Positions 7,446 through 14,972 of a DNA stretch of 64,000 bases are shown in pieces. This stretch comes from an uncultured Chloroflexia bacterium (lineage in GTDB: Bacteria; Chloroflexota; Limnocylindria; Limnocylindrales; CSP1-4): positions 288,001 to 352,000 of the forward strand of contig CAVVJT010000007.1 of assembly GCA_963748625.1 (NCBI GenBank), given 5' to 3'. The stretch's first letter is position 1, and the number at the start of each line of letters is the position of its first letter. The notes under the pieces are model-generated. The model did not search any database, had not been told where the DNA came from, and was given only the letters and a program-made list of their open reading frames with translations. A program made the position numbers and the translations under genes.

Positions 7446-10157
7446 TCAGCCCCCGAACAGGGCGAGCTGGTCCCCCGTCCGCTCGATGACCGGGTCGAGT
7501 CCCAGCATGGGCTCCAGGTCGGCCAGGGAGATCTCCTCGCGGGCGGCCCAGTCCCGCACGTGGTTGGCCTTGACCAGGTGCCAGCCGCCGACGTCCATCT
7601 CGCGGCGCAGCAGGGGCGAGCGCTCCAGCTTGTGGCGCACCAGCTCCACGCGCTCGGGGAGGACGACGCACAAGCGGACAACCCGCTCGTCGGGGGGCAT
7701 GCGGCCGTGGCGGCGGAGGACCGGCTCGGACAGCATCGCCGTCCACTCGATCTCCCAGAGGAAGGCCATGCGCCCCCGGATGTACCAGACCACGTCGACG
7801 TCCTCGAGGTCGTCCGGCCGGACGCGACCCATGCCGGGTGGCCCCGAGATCTCACGGTCCGACAGGCGGTCTGCCAGGGGCCAGCCGTCCACGCGCCGGC
7901 CCTGCTGGCGCCCGGCGATCCAGCATTGGAAGCCCAGCCGGTGCCCGAGATCCACGACACCGGCGATCAGGCGGCTGTGCTCCTCGCTGCGGCGGGCGAG
8001 ATCGTCCAGCGTGGCCAGGCGCTCCGGCGTGCTGGCCAGGCTCCGGTAGCTGTCGAGGCAGGAGCGGACGAGGGCTTCATCAGGGAGGTCAGGGCCCGTG
8101 AAGAGGCTCGCGACACGGTCGAGGAAGGCGGCCTCCGACAGCGGGCCGGCGGTGGACAGGAGGCTGAAGACGGCCCACTCGACACGGTCGGCGAGCGGCA
8201 CGGCAGCGAGGTCCGCGTCCGCGCGCTGGCCCAGCCACCAGCGGTCGTCGTCGAGGCGGACCAGGCGGCTGCCGTCCGCACCCGCGAGCGCCCCACGGAC
8301 GAGGGCGAGGATCCGGTCCACGTGGTCGGCCGTCGACGTTCGCGCGACGGGAGTGGCGGCGTCGTCCGGCGCGGCATCGCGCCCACCCTGCCCGGTGTCA
8401 CCCGCGCCGTCGCCCGCAGCGGACTCCGGGGGACGCACGAGCCGGCGCAGATGACCGGCGCGGTCCAGGCCCACCAGGATCTCCCCCAGCAGCCCGCTGA
8501 AGCTCACCGGCTCGCCGCGCAGCTTGAGGACGTCCACCGTCGCGTCCACCACGGCGCGCTCTGCGTCGGCCGCGGAGAACGGTGCGGCCGGCCGGTGCTC
8601 CGGCACGGAGAAGATGCGATCGGATGGTGCGAGGTCCGGGTCGCCGGCCCCACCTGGCACCGGCGGCAGCACGACGTTGGCCCGCGTGCGCGGTCCACGC
8701 GGGATGGCCCCGGACCCTGGCGGGACCAGCTCGACCGCACCCCCGGTGTCGCGCCCGGCCTCGGGCAGGCGAGCACCGGCCAGGCGGTACCCGGCCGTCA
8801 CGCCCCCGAGTGCGCAGGCCACGAGCGACTCATGGCCCTCACCCTCGAGCATGAACACGATCCGCGCGTCACGGGCGAGCACGGGCTCGACGGCGCGGAG
8901 CGAGCGGGTGACGGAGGCCGCCTGCCAGGACCACCCGGCGCGGACCGACGGCCCGAAGACAGGCTCCAGGGGCAGCGTGGCGGCGGCATCCCGGCCGAGC
9001 ACCCAGGCCGTCCCGTGGTACGCCCAGGCGATCCGTTCGGCGGTCGGGTGCATGGGCGGCGTGCCCAGCACCAGGCGGATCCGGGGCCGGATCCCGGCGG
9101 TGCCCAGGTGGCGCGCCTCCACCGCGAGCGCGGTCAGCGCCGCCCCTGTCCCCTGCTTGAGGACCGCGGTCGCCGCACCCTCGGCAAGGCTGCGCAGGTC
9201 GTCGCCGAGGCGGGCAGGCACCGGGCCCCACGCGCCGCTCTCGAGACGCTGGACGAAGCCGCGGACCATGCGCACGCCGTCCTCGAAGGCCAGCCACGGG
9301 TTGCGTTCGCGCCATTGCGCGTTGCCGGGCAGCTTGACGTGGCCGGCTGTGATCTTGAGCGGTGCCACGCGGCCGGCCGATGTCGCCAGCCGGGTCGCGG
9401 GCAGCAGGGCATGGAGCAAGGCGAGGCGGAGCGCCGCCGAGATCGACGCTGCCCGCAGGTCGCCCTCGATCCGCTCCAGGATCGCGACCAGCGACGCCAG
9501 CTGGCGCGTCGTGTGGAGATCGAGCAGCTCGTCGGGGAGGGCCTCGCCGCCCTCGAGGACCGGGAAGCGGTCACGCAGCCCGGCGCGCACCTCCGAGCCG
9601 TCGGGATCCGCGGCACGGGCGATGTCTGTCGCATCCACCGGCGCCTGGCGCTGCTCGCCGCCGCCGAGCTGGTCACGGCAGACGGGACAGCGGTAGTGCT
9701 TGCGGATGGGGCGTGGGCCCGCGGGACGACCGTCCTCGTCGGTGGACTCGACCGCCCATGTGACCTCGTCGAGGATGACAGCTCGCCCGCAGGTGGCGCA
9801 ATGGCTGGCATACCGGTCCGTGATCGATGCCTTGAGGCTCGACTCACGGCGGGCCGACGCGGCGATGGCCTGGACGGCGGCGTCAAGGTGGCGCAGGTCC
9901 GGCGGGCGCAGGACGACCTCGGCCAGGAGGCGATCGAGCGGCGTGGTCTCAAGCGTGACGGCGGTCCGCTGGTGGTCGATGGCGGATCGCGCGATCCATC
10001 CGCCACGGCCGAACAGGTCGAGGACGATGTCGCCGGGGGACGAGGATGCCTCGAGGCGCGCGGCCACCAGCGCCGGCGCTGGGGGCGGGGCGAACCGCTC
10101 GTAGGCCGGCAGGCTGAACCCGGGTTCGGCGCGGAGGAGCAGGGCGCGACCAGCCAT
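7446..10157 (-). CDS. Degenerate Zn-ribbon amino-DNA-methyltransferase-like protein with C-terminal restriction-endonuclease-like domain
   Basis: SPGDIVLDLFGRGG (motif I-like), CATC and CPVC Zn ribbon, IRLVLGTPPM (motif IV-like, DPPY lost), C-terminal LGHRLGFQCWI...DVDVVWY...WEIEWT. Confidence 0.6.
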   Translation of the reverse strand: MAGRALLLRAEPGFSLPAYERFAPPPAPALVAARLEASSSPGDIVLDLFGRGGWIARSAIDHQRTAVTLETTPLDRLLAEVVLRPPDLRHLDAAVQAIAASARRESSLKASITDRYASHCATCGRAVILDEVTWAVESTDEDGRPAGPRPIRKHYRCPVCRDQLGGGEQRQAPVDATDIARAADPDGSEVRAGLRDRFPVLEGGEALPDELLDLHTTRQLASLVAILERIEGDLRAASISAALRLALLHALLPATRLATSAGRVAPLKITAGHVKLPGNAQWRERNPWLAFEDGVRMVRGFVQRLESGAWGPVPARLGDDLRSLAEGAATAVLKQGTGAALTALAVEARHLGTAGIRPRIRLVLGTPPMHPTAERIAWAYHGTAWVLGRDAAATLPLEPVFGPSVRAGWSWQAASVTRSLRAVEPVLARDARIVFMLEGEGHESLVACALGGVTAGYRLAGARLPEAGRDTGGAVELVPPGSGAIPRGPRTRANVVLPPVPGGAGDPDLAPSDRIFSVPEHRPAAPFSAADAERAVVDATVDVLKLRGEPVSFSGLLGEILVGLDRAGHLRRLVRPPESAAGDGAGDTGQGGRDAAPDDAATPVARTSTADHVDRILALVRGALAGADGSRLVRLDDDRWWLGQRADADLAAVPLADRVEWAVFSLLSTAGPLSEAAFLDRVASLFTGPDLPDEALVRSCLDSYRSLASTPERLATLDDLARRSEEHSRLIAGVVDLGHRLGFQCWIAGRQQGRRVDGWPLADRLSDREISGPPGMGRVRPDDLEDVDVVWYIRGRMAFLWEIEWTAMLSEPVLRRHGRMPPDERVVRLCVVLPERVELVRHKLERSPLLRREMDVGGWHLVKANHVRDWAAREEISLADLEPMLGLDPVIERTGDQLALFGG

Positions 10158-10241
10158 GGGACCCAGATTGTGGCAGAGGCGGCGGCCGGACGCGAGCAGC
10201 CCGATGGCGGGGCCCGGAGGAGTGCCGGATCCCGGAACGAC

Positions 10242-10269
10242 GAAACCCGGCGCCTGGGCGCCGGGTTTC
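10242..10269 (-). terminator. Intrinsic terminator hairpin downstream of the TPR gene
   Basis: Perfect inverted repeat gaaacccggcgcc-tg-ggcgccgggtttc about 20 nt after the stop at 10291; reads ...GGGTTTCGTCGTT on the minus strand. Confidence 0.75.
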
Positions 10270-10290
10270 CATCTCGGTGAATGCCGGGGC

Positions 10291-11148
10291 TTACGCCTCG
10301 TCGAGGTCGTCGGTCTCCTCGACGAACGCCTCGTCGGTGGTCTCCTCCGGCGGCAGGACGCGGTCGAGGTTCTCGATCTCCTCGTCCTCGATGTCGTCCT
10401 CGAGATCCTCCTCGAGATCCTCGTCCTCGCGGACCAGGGTTCCCTTGGTGTAGGGCCGCAGGTCCGTGGACTTGGCCGCGGTGGGGAAGCTGACCTTCCC
10501 GTAGTTGCGCGGGTCCTGGTAGACCTCGCGGATGATCAGCCGGACGTCCTTGTCGCCGAGCGACGTGACCCCGGCCAGGTACTTGTTGCCGTCGGCGAGC
10601 AGCTTGAGCAGGCGGGCTGCAACGCGCGGTTCGACCACGCCGATCCGGATGCCGTTGCTGAACGCGATCAGGCGGTTGCCGTCCGGAACCATCTCGACGG
10701 CATCGCCCGGGTTGACCTGCGCAAGCTCGGCGGAGCGCGCGAGGTTCGTGAGATGGGCGAAGCCGGTCTTGCCGGTCTCCTCCACGAAGATGCTGACCGG
10801 TGCCTTGGACCCGGGCTTGGCGGCGACCGTCTTCTCACCGGCCTCCACGATCAGGACCTTGAGCCGGTCGATGTTGCGCTCGGCGATCCGGTTGGTGGGA
10901 TCGATGGCGAGCGCCTTCTGGTAGTGCTCGCGTGCGTCGCCCAACTCGCCCAGCTCCCAGAGTGCCTTGGCCAGGCGGTTCTCGGACTCGGAGTCCGGGC
11001 CGAACTCCAGCAGGCGGCGGTTGGTCTCGGCCGCGTCCGCCCAGCGGGCGGCGGTCGCGTGGGCGATCGCCTGCTCCACGAGCTGCCGCTTCAGGCGGGT
11101 CTGGCCTGCGGGCGTCTGCGCGGCGGCGTCGATCTCGGGGAAGGTCAC
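10291..11148 (-). CDS. Tetratricopeptide repeat protein with HIRAN-like beta domain and acidic tail (alternative start 11172)
   Basis: TPR ENRLAKALWELGELGDAREHYQKALAIDPTNRIAERN; VNPGDAVEMVPDGNRLIAFSNGIRIGVVEPRVAARLLKLLADG; D/E-rich C-terminus; AAGGA upstream of GTG 11148. Confidence 0.8.
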   Translation of the reverse strand: MTFPEIDAAAQTPAGQTRLKRQLVEQAIAHATAARWADAAETNRRLLEFGPDSESENRLAKALWELGELGDAREHYQKALAIDPTNRIAERNIDRLKVLIVEAGEKTVAAKPGSKAPVSIFVEETGKTGFAHLTNLARSAELAQVNPGDAVEMVPDGNRLIAFSNGIRIGVVEPRVAARLLKLLADGNKYLAGVTSLGDKDVRLIIREVYQDPRNYGKVSFPTAAKSTDLRPYTKGTLVREDEDLEEDLEDDIEDEEIENLDRVLPPEETTDEAFVEETDDLDEA

Positions 11149-11242
11149 GTGGAGGTCGTCCTTTCGGTCCATCGGAGTCGCGTCGGGCCGGGGGCGGGTC
11201 GTGCGGACACACCGAACCCAAGGACCGGGTCGCGAGCACATG

Positions 11243-11271
11243 TTTCTAGCACCGGGCGGGCGCCGCGTCAA
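11243..11271 (-). promoter_or_regulatory. Sigma70-type promoter of the TPR gene
   Basis: Minus strand TTGACG (11271-11266), 17 nt spacer ending TGC, TAGAAA (11248-11243). Confidence 0.55.
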
Positions 11272-11278
11272 ACCCGCC

Positions 11279-11391
11279 GCGTCTGACCCGCCGTGCAGGG
11301 CGTCAGCGTCTGACCCGCCGTGCAGGGCGTCAGCGTCTGACCCGCCGTGCAGGGCGTCAGCGTCTGACCCGCCGTGCAGGGCGTCAGCGTC
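11279..11391. repeat. Perfect tandem repeat, 27 bp x 4 plus partial
   Basis: Unit gcgtctgacccgccgtgcagggcgtca, no spacers. Confidence 0.97.
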
Positions 11392-11420
11392 CCGCACCGC
11401 TTGGGCGGACCGCCTGGTCG

Positions 11421-11460
11421 GGCCGCGGGTTGGGCCGCGGGGCCGCGGGTTGGGCCGCGG
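11421..11460. repeat. Tandem repeat, 20 bp x 2
   Basis: Unit ggccgcgggttgggccgcgg. Confidence 0.9.
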
Positions 11461-11487
11461 GGGCCCACGTCCCGCCCAGCGGGCACT

Positions 11488-11600
11488 GCGTGCGGAAGTT
11501 AGTGCACTCGGCCCGCCTGGCGGCAGGTTGCCCCGGCGACGAACCGGGATCGGGCGTTGCAGCCCGCGTGGCGGGAAGGCTGCGCGGAACCCTGCACGCA
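11488..11600 (-). repeat. Dispersed structured intergenic element, copy A
   Basis: Minus strand begins TGCGTGCAGGGTTC and ends ACTTCCGCACGC; the same termini occur at 46795-46848 (+). Confidence 0.5.
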
Positions 11601-11603
11601 AGG

Positions 11604-11658
11604 CCCGTCCGGCGGGAGGCGGCCAGACCTGCTGGTGGACCCGTCCGGCGGGAGGCGG
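11604..11658. repeat. 19-bp direct repeat (period 36)
   Basis: cccgtccggcgggaggcgg at 11604-11622 and 11640-11658. Confidence 0.9.
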
Positions 11659-11701
11659 TGGCGTGAAGGGGCGGGCCTGCAGTCTCGGGACCCTGGCGCC
11701 G

Positions 11702-12520
11702 CTACGCCCCCACTTGCATGTTCCAGGCGACCACCACGACCGCCAGCGCCGCGAGCAGGATCGTCTCCCACAGGAACCGCGGCTCGCGGCGACGCGCCGG
11801 AGCACTCGCGTGGAGCGCGTCCCAGAGGTAGAACACCAGGGTCAGCGCCGCCGGCCCGACCAGCCGGGGCACGTTCATCGCCCGGATCGCCCCGGCCGCC
11901 ACGGCGATCACGATCGCGTACGTGAGCGCCGAACGTGCGGCGTCCCGGGCGCTCCCGTAACGCAGGGACGCGACGCGGTACCCGAGCAGCATCGCGATCA
12001 GCGCATCGTCGAGCGCGAGGATGATCAGCCAGCCATCGGTCAGCGAGGTGGGCGTGGAGGCGGTGCCCGGCTCCGGCAATCCGCCCGGGACAAGGGCCGC
12101 CATGCCCGAGAAGGCGACGAACGCCGCGACCACCGCCGTCGCCATCACCTTGGTTCGATCGCTGTCGGTGACGCCCGTGGCCTGCGTGAGCAGCCGCAGC
12201 TCCAGGTCCAGGATTCGGTCCAGCGCGATGGCGAACACTGCCAGCACGGGCACCAGCATCAGGCCCACAGGCACCAGCTGGATGGCGGCAGCCGCTCCGC
12301 CGGTCAGGACGGCCGGGATCAGCAGGGACTCGTACGGGCGCCCGGGCCGCTCGTCCGTCCGCAGCACCGCGGCCCCGGCAACCAGCACCACGACGGGCAT
12401 GAGGCCCGCAACAAGGAACGCGTCGGCGCGCTCCACGAGCCGCGCGAGGAGCACCAGGACGACCGCCACGAGCACGAGCTCACGGCGCGCCAGGTCCATG
12501 GAGGGGTCGCGCGGGGTCAT
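11702..12520 (-). CDS. Multi-pass membrane protein of unknown function
   Basis: 272 aa with about 8-9 hydrophobic segments; TACCAT 7 nt upstream of the ATG. Confidence 0.8.
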   Translation of the reverse strand: MTPRDPSMDLARRELVLVAVVLVLLARLVERADAFLVAGLMPVVVLVAGAAVLRTDERPGRPYESLLIPAVLTGGAAAAIQLVPVGLMLVPVLAVFAIALDRILDLELRLLTQATGVTDSDRTKVMATAVVAAFVAFSGMAALVPGGLPEPGTASTPTSLTDGWLIILALDDALIAMLLGYRVASLRYGSARDAARSALTYAIVIAVAAGAIRAMNVPRLVGPAALTLVFYLWDALHASAPARRREPRFLWETILLAALAVVVVAWNMQVGA

Positions 12521-12589
12521 CGGCGGGATGGTACGTCGCCCGGCCCCGGGAGGGTGGTTCCAGCGGGGAGGGCGGAGAGGGCGCCTTCG

Positions 12590-12629
12590 GCCGGGACCGT
12601 GGCGACTGCCGGGACCGTGGCGACTGCCG
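12590..12629. repeat. Tandem repeat, 18 bp x 2
   Basis: Unit gccgggaccgtggcgact. Confidence 0.9.
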
Positions 12630-12650
12630 CGACCAGGGCGCGCGGCCCGC

Positions 12651-14508
12651 TCACACGCGGGACGGCTTGGCGGCCACCCACGCCAGCAGCTCGGCCAGCG
12701 GTCGGGCGTTCAGCACGTGCCTCGGCTCCACCCATGCCCGCCGTGCCTGGTCCACGCCCCAGCGCAGGTGGTCGAGCTCCTCGACCCGGTGCGCGTCGGA
12801 GTCGATCGCGACAAGGCACCCGGCCTCGATCGCCCGACGGGCCCGCTCCGGCGCCAGGTCCAGCCTGGGCGGCGACCCGTTGATCTCCAGCGCCGTGCCC
12901 GAGCGTGCGGCCGCCTCGATGACCGCGTCCCAGTCAAGGTCCAGGTCGTCCCGCTGGCCGATGATCCGCCCGGCCGGGTGCGCGATCACGTCCACGTGCG
13001 GACTGCGGATCGCGTTGAGCGTGCGCCGGGTCAGGTCGGCCCGGGACTGCCGGCGCGCGACGTGGACCGAGGCGACCACCAGGTCGAACTGCTCGAGCAG
13101 GTCGTCCTCGTAGTCGAGCGTGCCGTCCGCCCGGACCTCCAGCTCGCAGCCGTGGAGCAGCCGGAACCCGCCCGGGTGCGCGCCCTCGGGCATCGAACCC
13201 GCCGCCTCCTCCGCAGCGTACCGCGCGTTGAGCGCGGCGATGATCGAGCGCTGCTGCTCAACGCGGTCGGGGAACAGGCCCTTGGCGATGGCCAGGCTCT
13301 GCGAGTGGTCGGTGAGGACCTGGTAGGCATGGCCGCGACGCCGGGCGGTCTCGGCCATGACCTCGATCGGGTGGACGCCGTCGCTCCAGTCGGAGTGGCT
13401 GTGCAGGTCGCCGCGCAGGTCGTCGGGCGTGACCAGCGTCGGAAGGGCGCCGGACCTCGCCGCCTCCACCTCGCCCCGGTCCTCACGCAGCTCGGGCGGC
13501 ACGAACGCGAGGTCCAGGAACGCGTAGGCCGCGGCCTCGTCGGGGAAGGTCCGCAGCTCGGCGGCGTCGCCGTCCGCCGGCTGGCCATCGGCATCGAGGC
13601 GCAGGAAGCCCTTCTCCGACAGGGACCAGCCGCGGTCGCGCGCGATCCCGCGGAGCGCGCACGTTGTGCTCCTTGGAGCCGGTGAAGTGCACGAGGTACG
13701 TGCCGGCCTCACCGGGCGGCATGACCATCAGGTCCACCTGCGGCCCGCCGCGCAGGGTGACGCTCGCTTTCGCGTGCCCCGCACCCAGGACGCGCTCGAC
13801 CGCGCCCAGACCCGTGAAGCGCGCGATCACGTCGTCGGGCCGGTCGGTCTCGACCAGCAGGTCCAGGTCGCCCACCGTCTCGCGCCGCCGCCGCAGCGAC
13901 CCCGCCTGCACGATCCGGCGCACGCCCGGCGTGTCGGCCAGCGCGGCGACGAGGTCGTCCGAGATCGCCTGCGCCCGGTCGATGTACATCCGGTCCGGGC
14001 GCGACTCCAGTTGCGCGATCCCCTCGAGGATCCGCTGCTCGGTGCCCGCGGAGATCCCCTTCAGCCGCCGGAGCGCGCCCGCCTCCGCCGCGGTGCGCAG
14101 GTCGGCCAGCGTGGCGATGCCGGCGTCTTCCCAGATCGCGCGCACGGTCTTGGGGCCGACGCCGGGGATCGCGAGCATCTCCACGACCGATGCCGGGACC
14201 TCGGTGCGGAGCCGGTCGTAGACGGCCATGTGCCCCGTGGTGGCGAGCTCGACGATCTTGTCGCTGATGGCCTTGCCGACACCGGGAATGGGCCGCCGGT
14301 CGCCCGCCGCGTACGCCTCGGCTACGTCGAAGGGGGCGTGCGCGATCGCGTCGGCGGCGCGGTGGTAGGCGACCGTCTTGAACGGGATCTCGCCCTTGAC
14401 CTCGAGGATGTCCCCGATCTCGTGGAAGATGCGCGCGAGATCGCCGTTGGTGAAGGTGGGCGGGCCGTCGGCCGGATCGAGTCCGCGGGGGTCGTCGGTG
14501 AGCGGCAT
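12651..14508 (-). pseudogene. polX: DNA polymerase X with PHP domain, split by a single-base frameshift near 13655-13660 (true pseudogene or sequencing indel)
   Basis: ORF 13483-14517 carries HhH, GSLRRRRETVGDLDLL, QVDLMV, HFTGSKEHNV; ORF 12651-13712 continues LRGIARDRGWSLSEKG, PPELRED, GDLHSHSDWSDG, TDHS, AHP, DSDAH. Confidence 0.9.
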
Positions 14509-14561
14509 GGCCCACATGGTACGGGGCTGCGCGGTCGCCGAAGGCCAGGCGGCCCCGGAGG

Positions 14562-14637
14562 GCGCTGTCAGGCGGCCAACGCCGTCAGGCGGCCGCGCTG
14601 TCAGGCGGCCAGCGCTGTCAGGCGGCCAGCGCCTGAC
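14562..14637. repeat. Imperfect tandem repeat of about 17 bp x 4 ending in an inverted copy
   Basis: Unit gcgctgtcaggcggcca; the last gtcaggcg pairs with the following cgcctgac. Confidence 0.9.
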
Positions 14638-14685
14638 CTAGTGTCCCGATTCGCCCGTCGCTGGCGGCTTGCGTAGGACCGCCGC

Positions 14686-14724
14686 TCCGGGTCCTGTCTC
14701 CGTCCGGGTCCTGTCTCCGTCCGG
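14686..14724. repeat. Tandem repeat, 17 bp x 2
   Basis: Unit tccgggtcctgtctccg. Confidence 0.88.
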
Positions 14725-14972
14725 CTGGCGCGCCGGACGGCCACACGGTGCGGCCGGAGCGCTCGATGCGCGGCTGGTGCGCAGGTCGTGCCCTCGGGAC
14801 CCTGCCGGAGCGCATGGACGGCGCACCGGGCGCACATCCCGCGACGTCACCGCTCCGTGTGCGCGCCGGGTGCGCACGGCAGCAGCCGTCGTGGGCGACG
14901 CCCGGTGATGCCCCTTCCGATCAGCGGCACGGGCACGCAGGGGTATCCGCCAGCCATTGGCGGCAGGAGACA

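Noticed and set aside
7311-10280. Long antisense ORFs (e.g. 689-2974, 7311-10280, 16084-18453, 38551-41130, 56737-59157)
   Set aside because: They are shadows of real genes on the opposite strand, expected at this GC content, and carry no family motifs.
11279-11391. 27-bp repeats as a CRISPR array
   Set aside because: Units are directly adjacent with no spacers, and no cas genes are in the window.
11540-11640. Cobalamin riboswitch (gggaagg and agacctgc fragments on +) or SAM riboswitch (ggcaacc on -)
   Set aside because: The remaining core motifs are missing, there is no plus-strand gene downstream, and neighbouring genes are unrelated to B12 or methionine.
11149-11805. N-terminal 210 aa of ORF 10291-11805 with DADALHGGS repeats as real protein
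   Set aside because: It is a read-through of the intergenic 27-bp array; a promoter at 11243-11271 and an RBS near 11160 indicate a later start.
13645-13670. Programmed ribosomal frameshift in polX
   Set aside because: No slippery sequence; an indel is the simpler explanation.
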